Shown here piece by piece: positions 15,201-45,455 of a stretch of DNA of 64,000 bases. The first letter of the stretch is position 1. Every line of letters starts with the position of its first letter. Under the pieces are notes generated by a model that saw only the letters and a list, made by a program, of their open reading frames with translations, was not told where the DNA came from and did no database searches. Source of the stretch: Balanoglossus misakiensis (lineage: Eukaryota > Animalia > Hemichordata); NCBI GenBank assembly GCA_040954595.2, contig CM082582.2, positions 5,440,303-5,504,302 on the forward strand. The letters are read 5' to 3'. The position numbers were made by a program, and so were the translations under genes.

Positions 15201-15717
15201 AGAAAGCACATAAGGTGCAGAATTACGTGATAGAGGAGAAGTTCTCGAGGAAAATCTTGGAGGAGTTAGCGTATCTGCGAGCAAATAGGGACGCTCAACA
15301 AGAGGAAGGACGGGTGGGTACTTTGCGTGTAATTCCCAATGTTTCTTAAATAATTTCTCATAATCATTAGATCACTGTTGACCGGCGATTTTTATGGAGC
15401 TTGATCTCTCCTTGATAAATGCCTCTGTGTTTTTAGTCTGCTGTGAACATAAACTCAGAAACTCAATTTGTGGAAATTTCGTGTATGTGTGATATACCAT
15501 AGCAAAACTGTCAAAGATCACACCTCAGTACATATTTTCTTGTCATCTGTATTTAGCCTGACCTTTACCTGTTTTATTTTCTCTCCTACAGTTGTTATCC
15601 AAATGGAGGTTTGCTGCAAAGGTGATCGACCGCCTATTCCTGTACCTGGCCCTTGTGGCGTATCTGTCGGGAGCCATCTTTTTGTACACTGACCCGAATT
15701 TAAACATAGAGTTGTAA
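12292..15717 (+). CDS. nAChR-like non-alpha subunit (gene R3), 6 coding exons
   Basis: Exons 12292-12355 (signal peptide; alternative in-frame ATG at 12268), 12675-12814, 13704-13748, 14003-14112, 14335-15313 and 15592-15717. Cys-loop CPMSTRYFPFDVQQC, no vicinal Cys, PPDSGEK, M4 WRFAAKVIDRLFL. Confidence 0.93.
12953..13317. mobile_element. Non-autonomous DNA transposon (MITE) with TTAA target site, Kolobok-like, in intron 2 of R3
   Basis: TTAA|AGCCCCTATAGCTGCC ... GGCGGCTCTATAGAGGCT|TTAA: imperfect terminal inverted repeats, AG...CT termini and TTAA on both sides. Confidence 0.65.
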
Positions 15718-17179
15718 ACATTATTTCGTGCCAACTCTAAGACAGACAATTACAGACTTAATGAACCCATCGATCCAGAATTGTTTTGAGCCTTTTGTTG
15801 ATTTAAACTTGGTATATATAGTTTTCAATCTGATACAGATATCAGTGTAAGTAAAACAGAATTGCTCTAGTATAATTATATGAATAGCACAATATTATAA
15901 ACTGCCATCAAGATTTCACTCTAATTTCTACATAAATCAGGAAAGTTTCTATTCGAATTATATGACATAATAATCAATTTACTAGTGGATAAAAAACAAT
16001 AATATAGTTCATACATGGCATTTTTGCTAGACTAGTTTTAAGTACGTTTAGGGCCTGTTCCACGATGAATTAATCATTATCTTGACAATACACATCAGTG
16101 TCATATTTTGCACGGCACAAGATCCAAGAATTACACATTTACACAATGTAATAGACAGACTCAGGATGTATGCGTGCTTATCAGTGAGTGTGCGTGCGTG
16201 TGCGTTGTGTGAAAATAAATCGACCAAAGCTAATGAAGACTAAACATCAAATTCCATTATGTAAGAAGTATATCTAAGTATATGCATTTTCTTGTTTGTT
16301 TTTGGTTTCGTAAGATAATAAAACATTGTGTCACATACGGGGTCATCACCGATGGTGCACTTTGATGCAACCATGCGTTTCGTCTCGTGTGTACTCCAGG
16401 GGTCGCTGAACATTCTGAAGCTGCTTATTTTTGCCAGTGAGCTGCCACCCCGCGTCAATCACCAACTACAAATATTTGGGACCAGATTTTTTATCGCAGG
16501 TCTTGATCAGAACTTAAGCATTTTCTATTGCCGCTTTGTTTTACGAAAAAAGTTTCAACGCATTCAAGTCTAATACTTCCGAAGTGGACTTGGATGCACA
16601 TTTACATTTGTCAGCATTGCGTTTACCCGTGCGAGGAAAACGAACAGGCGCGAGAAAGGGCTAAAATATGTTAAAATATGGGCAGGTGTAATTCATACTT
16701 CAACACAAATGCGGCGTTATTATATGCATATTCCATTTGTTTATTTGACAATTACAGTAATACTGCAACTAATACATGTATAATGCGGGCTCAAATTTAT
16801 AACATTGGCAAAATCGGACAGTTCTTCCCTGGCAATCGGTCGTCCATGAATACACCTTGTTTATTGTCTGGCTGTGTTTTGTTCTTATGCTTGAGGCTGA
16901 ATATTTAAAAATCTCGAATGGAAACACTTCGACATAACATGGTCACTTTTATCTGTCTGTGGGAAAAGTAATTTCGTAATGTCAATGATTTTGCGCGACA
17001 GAAAAGGATTTGCACAATTGTCGCGGAAACTTCAAATTTAGTCTAACTATCAACTCACCCGTGCTTCTTATTGTGGTGATCGGTCTTTAAATTGAACATT
17101 TTTACGGTCGTGTGCATCATGACTGTCACGTTTGATATAGACGTTAGACCAGCTTCCATAACAACGTACCTTAGTTAGT

Positions 17180-25331
<8,152 letters not shown>

Positions 25332-26285
25332 CGTGACGGACCATAAAGTAGTTGCGGTGCAAGACTGACGGCGAGATTGACGACGAATTATGTATATGGT
25401 GTCACGTGACTAAATTAATTCGTTACGGAAATGGCGTTTTTGCGGAATTCACTGTCACGTGTTACAGTGCGCAGTGAAATTATGCCTTCAGTTGTTCTTG
25501 TTGGAGTGACCTTTGGGTGACACTTTAACTTTGAAATAAAAATCTGCAAACATCATATGAGAGTGTAACGCCATATGTTAACATCCGCCACAGATTAGCC
25601 AATTAAGGGTGTGCACCCGGAAATGATCACCATTTCATCGCTCATTTTCTAGTATTGCATATTACACTTTAGTCGGCATGTCATCAATGCGTATCAGTAT
25701 TATAATAATATCGCGGAATACTATTGGAATCAAAGTAGTATAAAGACATACGAACTGGACGTTTCTATACAACCGCACATTCGCTCGCTCGTAAAAGATA
25801 AATAACCCATATGCAATTCATACAGAGATCGGTTATTATTATAAGTATTTTATCGTGTTGCACATAGGAGAGTCCAAGTGTAGACTTGTCTTAGTAGAAC
25901 AATATAAAATGAAAATGAAATACATCACGAATGTGAGATATAACATGATCCAGAGCAAGTTTATTTCAAACCAATTTGAAAACAAAAACGCACTGACTGA
26001 AAGAATGTTGCCATCCATGACGAAAAGCAATTGGAAATTATTATATTATTATATACCACTGTTCGTTTTAACCCGATTTTCTTCCAGGATGTGGTGTTCA
26101 TGATATAGATATGGTCTACAGGCCCCGGTGCAATCATTTCCATCTTTCTGGTCAGGACCATCATGGACCGGCTGTGGAGGACAAGTAAAGTTGAATCAAA
26201 ACAGGCTCATCGTGAGAGAGGACGAAAGGGTATCGTTACAAATTGATTTGCATACAAACAAGATCAAACAAGATTTTAAAGTGGC

Positions 26286-36224
<9,939 letters not shown>

Positions 36225-36262
36225 TGTGATGGACAATGAAGGACGAACAGACTCTGAAGGGA

Positions 36263-36271
36263 CCTTTTATA
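36263..36271 (-). promoter_or_regulatory. TATA box of astacin B
   Basis: TATAAAAGG on the - strand about 40 nt upstream of the ATG at 36224. Confidence 0.5.
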
Positions 36272-37921
36272 ATGTTACTTGTTAAAAAATAATTAGTCGA
36301 TATCTCATTGTGGTATATTAAGGTTATTATATTATTAAATTTCGGAAACGGGGCTTCATTGGATTAAAACTGATCGGACGTTTAACTCTCGCTGCCCTTT
36401 GTCTATTAATTATGTTTGATGCGAGACTGATGATGCCCGAGCCGCAGGCGAGGATATCCATGTTATGGTCAGATAGCACCAGCCCGATTTGCAGTAAAAT
36501 ATGGTTAGACTGAACATGACTTATGGCGGCCGTGCCTTCTCCTATGCAGCCCCTAAACTGTAGAACGCACTACCTCTTGACATCAGGGAATCTACAAACC
36601 TGGAGACTTTCAAAAGAAAACTTAAAACTCATATGTTCGAAAGAGCATACAGTGTGGTTTAACCATGAGCGTCATTGGGCAAAATTTCTTTTTGGATTTT
36701 GGCGCTTTATAAACTTTGTTGATTGATTGATTGATTGATTGATTGAAGTGTTAAGTCGACGTGTCGCTCTTCGAGGCCACAGCCGCGGGAGGTGAACGCG
36801 TCCGAACGACAATTTCCCATCTGAAGGACTATCATGCATCTGGAAAATGACCACAGAATGTGCACTACCGTCACGGGGAGTTGAAAATAAATGCTTTTAT
36901 TGATTACAGAAGAAATATTGCAAAAAATGTTTGTAAAAAGGTAAAGGTATTGCTATTCTTCCTTCTTTCAATCGCTCGAGAAAATCCCTCAATGAATCAT
37001 AATATTTTATCTTGAAAATAAAAAATACTTTATTAATTCCATGGGGGTCACAAAAACAAACACACCATTAAGACGGTTCAGAAGCGTCTCAGATCAGATA
37101 CCGTCTTAAAAAAAACATGTGTGGACGGTAGTGGTCCTGAAACGTCTCAGATTTGAGACGGCTTTTCCGGCCAGACCTGAGCCGGTGTGACGATTAACAC
37201 CTCTCCGCAACCCATTGTCTATGGGGCCGAGCCTCAGGGTGCTGGAGGATATGACTGATTGCGTGAGCTATACGAAGTTCTTGCTGATTTTAAAAACACT
37301 GCCATTTTCTCTCAGGAGCACCGATTACTTTGGAAGTGATTGGCCACATGCATAAGCACCAACTGAGAGCAATGTAAAAGTATATACCGTACTTGCCCGG
37401 GTAAGAACCCCTGCTCGGACAAACGCCCCCCCCCCCTGGTTTTAGGGCCCATTTGAAGATCGAGGTTATATCCGGTCTAAAGACCCCCCCCCCCCGGCCG
37501 AATATCCATTTTATTCTTGGAAATTTAATAAAGTGCAATGCAAAAAAGGCGGATTTTCATCCCCAAAGTAACTAAATGTGAAAAAAAACGTATGATCTGA
37601 TGATTTACTTTCGCGCTGATTACCGTACCCACCGCGGCCGACTGGCCACGCTGAGTTATATATAGCCGCTCTAGAAAACATGACCTCAGACAGGTAATAT
37701 ACAAGTAAAAGCATTGGTCCAGTTTTAAGTGCTATGTATGTACTGTGTTAACATTTGGGACAATGAAAGAATTGAGTTTTGAAAGAAATTCGCACCCTCT
37801 AAGTGTACGTTGTATCAGATACTTTTTGTCAAGGTTTTTTAAGATATATATAACAGTTATTTTATTCGTAGAGCCAGGCGTCTGTATCGCAGTCTTTTTC
37901 CACGAGTCATCGAGCCCCAGA

Positions 37922-40900
37922 TCAATCACACGGGCCGCTGGCCAGTGTAATTTCATCGATCAAGAAGTTGTCCTCGGTGAATGTTCCTTCAGCAGAAATC
38001 TGTTAGGAAAGAAAAAAAGAGAATTGTATATTGGAAAAGGCCAGACAGATCAGGGATAAAGAAATCTTAAGGTTTGTTTGCTGACCGTGGCCTGTTTTTA
38101 TTACTCTGCGCATGTGCAGTAGCAATACTTCATCTACCAGATGTGTGCGCATGTGCAGTCCACTCATTTTGAGAGAAAAGGCCAACTGATCACCTTATAA
38201 ATGTGTATTCAGAAAATAAACCCCAAGATTGATTGACTCAACCACTTAACCCTCTAGATACACAAAGTCTCGATGAAGTGTCCACTTTATCTTAAGAAAC
38301 GGACTTTTCCTACAGTTACAGACAAGAACAGTGGCCCAATTCGAAATTCACAAACATATGTATTGTGAAACAACGTTGTTTTGGTTGTCATATACGGGCC
38401 ACCGGTATAAGATGGTCTGTATAATTGCTAAATAAACACCCGATACTAAGTATATTATGAGGACCCGTGACATTATTTGCCTAAAGCGATATTATCTATA
38501 GACGTCACCGGGCAATTTCAGCCTAAAATTCATGTTTCATGTATTTTCCGTCTACAAGGTCAATATGTGATTCCCTCAACAGTTTTTTTTTATGAATTCG
38601 AGTTCAGAATTGCAAACTCAACGGTAAACTCACCTGTATGACTTCCGTGTTGTTAATTTCCGACTTTGCGATGTATGAATCTTTGGCTGACTTCTCCACC
38701 TTGAAATCGGCCTGCAGCATTCTGTTGCTCGCTGACATGTATATATTTAAACTCCTGTTGTCTTTTTCCCTTTTTCGTTTGCGATAATAGACTTTGGCGC
38801 AGTGGGTCGTGTTTCCCGCCTCTGTGCCGTTGTCGTGCGGCCGTTCTTTTGCACCTGCGAACAATAAGGCAGATACAATGTTGTTGATGAATGTAATGTT
38901 GTTGATGTTCTGTGTCTTTAATTAAGGACACATCTGGAACCAGAAAATATGTACCTATATAATGGAGATGTGTCCCTGATAGATAGGTGTCCGTTTATGA
39001 AAGGTTTCATTGTATATACATATAGAAGTCAAATGCACATATAGAGAAGCGAGGAAGTGATATTTAAAGATAGTGAGCAAACTCCCTCCCTTAAATGGGT
39101 TAATTAATCATTTATGACCTTTGCCCCAATGGGCATGAAATCCCTACCTTGGCGCGTGAACGAAAACGATCCTTTTCCGGTATACCTCGAATGTACTCCA
39201 AGTCCGCCGGCCCTCGTGAACCAGGATTCCAGTCTCCTGCAGAATTCTGCCGGATTTTTCACAATCGTTCCAAACCTCTGAAGCAGCTCAACAGTACTCC
39301 GAGAGACCTTTCTGAACTTGCCGCAGTCTTCCGACACGACATCCTTGACCAAACGGAAATCTTTTAAATCCTTGTCAAAATCGGGGCCATATTCTTTAAT
39401 TTTCCGCCACAGCGATTTGTTGAACATGTCATATATCTGGACATCAAGAAAGTTCCATTTGCGTATGGACTCTTTCAATTTTTCATCGAGAGAAACACGC
39501 CCTGAACTTGAACGTACCCGACGTTTTATATACAATATATCCTCCATTTTCCAGCACATAATCCTTTTCAGCAACACTAGGGAATGATCGTAATATTCAG
39601 TCACAATGACTAAGTCAAGTTCTTTCGCCAGTGTTGTAAAGTACTTGTTGGTAATTTCAGGGTTGTGGTGATATTGCTGGTCCAAACCAAGATGCCAGGC
39701 TTGGCCATTCCATGCCACGGCCACGTTACACTCTCTTCTTGCCTTTCTTTGAATCACTTTGTAGTAATATTCAGGGTTCCGTAGAAATTCTACCAATGTC
39801 GCGGTGCTATTTGGATACGATTTCTTCTTAAGATACCGCGTCCCCAATTTGAAAAAATCGAACGCGGATTCAAAGTTCGCAGCTGGCTCGCGTACGATCG
39901 AGACCAAAATCGTGTCGGGAGATTTCACACTGCTGTTCAATCCGGTTTTATCGGCACCGATGATGTTCAGGGTTCCATCCTCTCTCGACAAGTGCACACG
40001 ATCGCTCCGTTTCATGTCCAGCAGGGGCAATTCGGCGCCGTGGTTTTCTCCGTTCACGAGACAGAGTTGCATTTTTCCCTTGTATCCTCTAGCCTCGTGG
40101 TATATATACTGGAATTGGAGAGTGAAATTTTTCTTATGGGCGAATCTATCGATCAGCGTCACAAGAGTGGTACTGCCCGTCTTGCGGTTGAAGACGTGCG
40201 CCACGTTGTTGAGTGGCTTGCAGTGTTTGGCGTACTCGGCCAGGGACGTCTTGTGACTCGACGCACCATTCCGGGATGACATCCAACGCTGTGCATGATT
40301 CTCCGGAACTGAATCATTCGTGTCGAACTCTGAAAAAATATAACTGTAGAGGGTGGTCGGGTCACTCGTATGTCATCACGTCTTGGCGTAGTATTATGTG
40401 TTAGAAATTCTCCGCAGTGTTATCTTTATCTACCCCTAAAATTCATTATGATCATGACATTGCAGTTGATGCCTTGGATAAATATTCTGAGATTCACCGT
40501 CTTTTAAAGCTTGACTTTGCGCATGCTCTGTTCAGACCTCACTGTGCTGATCATTTTAAGCACGTGACCGTGTTTTAAGGTAACATGTGCTTTGGGTACA
40601 GATTGTCAGAAAAAGTGATAGTCCTTCTAAATTTTCTATATTAAGGCTTGTGGGGAGACTTCTTGAAAAAAAAGAAGATACCAGGATGTTTACCGTCTTG
40701 TGTTCATGAAAAATCACCACTTTAAATGCTCTCCACAGAGTTGACGCATAGATTGGCGGCCATTTTGAATTTGGGACACTTTGAGGGAAATTTGCTACAC
40801 CACATTCGACATTTTGAACTATTGCCCTTAATTTTAAATATCAAGTTAAAGATTTAACAATTTAGAGTTGCCTTGAGCAAAATATGATAAAAAATTATAA

Positions 40901-41395
40901 GGCTATGATTTTTCAGTGAGGCGCGTTTGCGATTCACTTACTGACCTATGTGCCCTTCGTACGAGCGAAGTCGAAAACTCTTGATCCAGCAGCAGATACA
41001 CGGAAACAATGACACAGAAACCTAACGTCATAGAGAAAATCAGCTTTATCTAAACAGGGGAAAAAATTAAAAAAAATGTTAAATCGTAGTCTGAAGATAG
41101 GCACCACTCGGAATTCAAAATATTGCCATGATTCTGATTTTTATGTATGTTGCAAGCCAGTGGAATTTAGCTGCATAGAAAAGCGTGTTTCCATCCCCTT
41201 TTCAGAAAAAAAAGAGGGTAAAGTGCTGAGTCAGCATTTTCTTTCACTGGCTATGTATTTCTCTGCCATATGCCTGTATACAAATATCTGAGTATCGTAC
41301 AGTGTGGAGATAAATGCAAACAAGCATGATTTCATGGGTTATGGCAGGAGGCGCACAATAATGAAAAGTATAGATACCTTGTTTATTTCAGGCAT
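37922..41395 (-). CDS. Galactose-3-O-sulfotransferase (Gal3ST)-family type II membrane protein with a C-terminal MAM-like extension
   Basis: ATG exon 41378-41395 (MPEINK); TM exon about 40942-41049 (IKLIFSMTLGFCVIVSVYLLL); large exon 39148-40329 with PAPS-binding motifs NRKTGSTT and SIVREPAANFESAFDFF plus LDLVIVTEYYDHSLVLLKRIMCW and WNFLDVQIYDMFN; then exons 38634-38854 and 37922-37999, with AATAAA downstream near 37860. The phase join between the TM exon and the large exon is unresolved. Confidence 0.8.
40575..40932. mobile_element. Degenerate interspersed repeat, probably a TTAA-type non-autonomous transposon
   Basis: Begins ttaaggta and carries a ggcggccattttgaattt core; an inverted version of that core (aatttcaagatggccg) occurs at about 9781-9796. 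Confidence 0.35.
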
Positions 41396-44300
41396 GGTTT
41401 CGAAACTGTCTGGCGTGTATTGTTATGTTCTGTATGGTAGATGTTCCTTTGCAACTTTAGATTAAGATGTACTGCTGAAATGAAAGAAAAAAGTTCAAGA
41501 AAATGATATTATCATAACGTTCCTCTTACGATGGAAATATTTATCTCAGATCAACGAAAAAGAGCATGGCGATTTTCCATATATGCTTTCTGGGACGTTG
41601 GGCAGCTGGTAGAAATCATTGCCACCACTAAAAACTCGCCCGTTTTCGCTAAAATTTAAGCGTAGGAATGAGTAAATCTGAAGGCTACAAAATGGTGGAT
41701 TAAGTAAACATCGGTCAGTTCTCACTTGTTATACCCAGTACTCGCTGACCGATGTTTACTTTATCAACTTAATCCGTGGATGGGGCACACAGATTAAGTC
41801 GTTAGCAGGTGATTAATGGGAAATGGATAGCTTTTATTCTAGATTAGCAAATGATAAGACAGGTTGGGAAAACGCAGAATGGAACGTACTTCGCCATTTA
41901 TAACTTTCATGTTTGCTGTCCCCTGTGGTGCCTGTGCTGTCGTCAAGGCAACTCTCATTGTCACCACGCGAAAATGCAAAATACGTTACATACCCCACTT
42001 TGCAACGTTATAAATAAAGCGTGATCTCGCCCACTAAATCACATGGAGGTACCACTAAGTGTTCTCCACAGCGACATAGCATTTTCACTTTTCAGGCTTT
42101 GCAACATTTAAAAAAATTTTTAATTAAACTGCGGTAAATTTCAACTTAACTGATATTTCTTAAAAAGTTTTTGCCATTTTGTCAAAACAAGTGCTGTCTC
42201 GATAGCGTCAATAAAATTTAATTGGTGGAATTAAAGGCCTGTCCGAGATCACTGGAGATATTTAAAGCTTGACCAATTTTATTGAGCGACAGCTCAGGGA
42301 GCTTTAGCCCCTTGACGAACTTAATCCAGTGTTTTTGTTGTTTTCCCCGTTGACTTAATACGGTATAAACGGGACACGACAAGTGAACTGTAATTTATGA
42401 CCAGACTTTCCGGAGATAACGACTTGGACGTACATACCTACAGATTTCCCGTTATCGAGAAGGCCTCAGTATCCTCCTGACATGATTGGTGAAGCGCGAT
42501 TGATTCCACAGAGAAATGTATGCCTTGTTTGCAATAAACATCAAGAAGGCAATGTCGACGGGTCCGTTTTGTGTCCACTATGCGAGAGTACACTCAAAAT
42601 ATTTTAATTGCAAACAAGTTACAATGGCTGATCAGCACAAAAGTCATTATGAATGAGAACTGAATGGTCCCTATCTCGGCAAATTTACATAATAATTAAG
42701 ACGCCGTAACCATTGACGACCTGTGGTAATGATGTAATTGTAAGAATCTACAGTGGTGAGTAAAAGGTCATCCTTATGCAATGCTATCTTACCGTTAAAT
42801 TTTTGAATATCATCTTGTGAATCTCTTACCAACTTAACCAAGTGATTCCGCAAGGACCAGAATCTTCTCGTTTGCACAGAATCTAATGCATTGGCAAAAG
42901 GTACATTTTGTGACCACTATATGCGGTTGGCCTTGAGTTCATGCGCCATGCACAGTATATCGATTAACGCCATCTATATATTGGTGTTTTTTTATGAGAT
43001 CGATTCTTTCGAGGCGGGAGCCGAATAGTCTCATGACACGCAGACATTTACTTTTATTACACATTTTCACGAACTAAAGTGCTGAGAAATGGTTCACCAT
43101 TTTCTGTCGAAAATTGCATGTACAAGCATGGAGGTACCTCCATGGTACAAGCGACTGAATTTGTCAGACAACAAATTCCAGTACTGCAGTGGAAGCGCAC
43201 ATGTCCACTGATGCATGCCCTAGTGTGGTGATTGTTCGAACCTATACAGCTGAATAAAGGTCGTCCTTATGCAACTTTCATGAATAATCCCTTTAATGAC
43301 CAATTTAATATGCTAATCCACATTACAAGCTATTCGGTGCGGGGTATAAAAGACCCCCCAAATCAGTGGCGAATCTTAATGCCGTTTGACTGACAACTGA
43401 CAACACCAACGATCTTGGCTCTATGAACATCGGCCCAAACAGGTCCAAGCATAAAGAATTACACCACACAACGACAGTAGTTGGCTTTATAAACACACAC
43501 AACATAAAGTTATCGACGAAAAAGTACACGAGCTTTTGAAACAACGATGATTTTGGGAGAAATCTGGTTCAGTGCTTTTCAGAAGCGTCCCTGGGAAACA
43601 ATAACCACGCCATTCAAACAGTTGTCAATCGCGTGGAAGTGTAAAGTGTTCAATTATTTTATGTGTACATGAAAGCAATTACACAGTCATTATGCACGAC
43701 GACCACTCCCAAATAAACAACTATACAAACACACGTTAATCCGAACCCCGGTACTTTCCGCACCGGGGTTTAAGCATCCGCTAAAAATTTTAATCTGCGT
43801 ACCCCATCCACGGATTAAGTTGATTAAGTAAACATCGGCGCGCTTCCCTCAGAATCGGTGTAAACCTTCAGCTAAATATTCATCGTCGGGTTTGGTTTCA
43901 TTTTCGATGCAATATTTGATGACCCTTATATATATATATATAGCCGATACTTTCGAGGCGGGAGAAGAAAAAAAGTGTGACCTCGCGCTGTACTTTGCTT
44001 GTGACCACTTTCAAAGAACACAAAGAACGCTATGAGTTGGTCGAATTGGCTCAAATTGTAACAGGTGATTGTGAACGACCCATACAAAGGCGACTGGTAA
44101 TCGATAAAGTGTTCTTTAGCACGGTCGGAGGTCAGCTGTAGCACAGTCCGTGGCTGTAGACCCCCAGGGCCTGGTTAACCGAGACTATGACCGCAGCCAG
44201 TGGTGGGAATGGGGCAGGGGACCAGGTCAGCTGGAGTTCAGGCGGAAGGAAGAGTTCACCAAAAGAGGGCGCATCGCGCGTGCAGGGCAGCCTGGGTGTA

Positions 44301-45455
44301 TCGACAAGAGAAATCGTAAGGGTAAGAGAAAGACAGAAGAAGAATAAAAGGCTGACCGACAACTTTTTCTATCAAATCCCTGAATAAATCCCGGTGATGT
44401 GATTGCAGTTCTCGGTCACGCCAAAAAAACGTATTTTTTCTGTGTTCGTTGAGGGCGTCGCGTTCATGGTCGGGGCACATTTTATATCAGTTGGTCAGGA
44501 ACTTAATGATTCACGTCTCGGGTCTGAAGTGTATTGTTTGGCCACTTGCCTTCATATTTTTAACGAGGGTAAAAAATTGTGGATTTTGGTTCACCTTAAT
44601 ATCATGACCAGAAGTTTAGAAAATGGGAAAGGGACATTTATCTTGGAGAAACTGGATGGGAACTTCAAAAAGAGATAAAATTTAACTTGAAAGCCGATTT
44701 AACATGTTTCTGAACGTGATTTGCATTGTAATGGCGGGTTCAATCATTTCAATCATGTGATAACGTAAATATTCAAAAACACAAACACACATGATTTACT
44801 ATATTTATTACACCGCATTAAAAGTCCGTAACGTTATAAAACAGGTAACAAAAGGCGTGTAAAAACACAATATGTTGTACATTATTGCTTCGCGTAACCT
44901 GTCCCTCTAGTGTAATGACACGTGACTATAATTTAATTGGAAGAGTTTTGGGATGACAGCTCACAGAATTATGACCGAGAAGAAAAAAATTACATGTATA
45001 CATTTCATTGAAAATGTCTACACAACAAAAGCCAGACCAATGTTAAAATAGTTGCAAAATAAAATACCTTGCACTTGAAAACAATTGCTGCATATGAGGA
45101 TGTTTTAGCAGTGAGAGTTAAAACTAAGTCTATACGGAATCTTAAAATGTAATACGTGAATACGTGTACGTATCTTGAAACGCCTGCATCAGTATTTCGT
45201 GTGCTTTAATGTTATATGTAACACACAAGACCGAATTGTTTTTTATCTAGATCTCTTAATTTTTGGTAATTATTTTATGAAAGATAAATATTTGGTGATC
45301 GTCATTGGTGACAAAGTAGACCTGGTGTCTGTGGCCATCTTCACGACTGTCTTGTACCATCACCAAACACCCATACGGATCTGTTAGGTGATGTTCAAAC
45401 GTGTTGATATAGTGCACATTCACGATCGTATTGCATTTCCATACGTCCCCTCGCT

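Noticed and set aside
26049-26171. Possible extra terminal coding exon of astacin B (PVHDGPDQKDGNDCTGAC...)
   Set aside because: The available donor is phase 1, which gives AGP-stop; the longer frame is not reachable without evidence of another junction.
37922-38854. Idea that the MAM-like exons were captured from the neighbouring astacin genes
   Set aside because: Neither astacin here contains a MAM domain; adjacency alone is not evidence.
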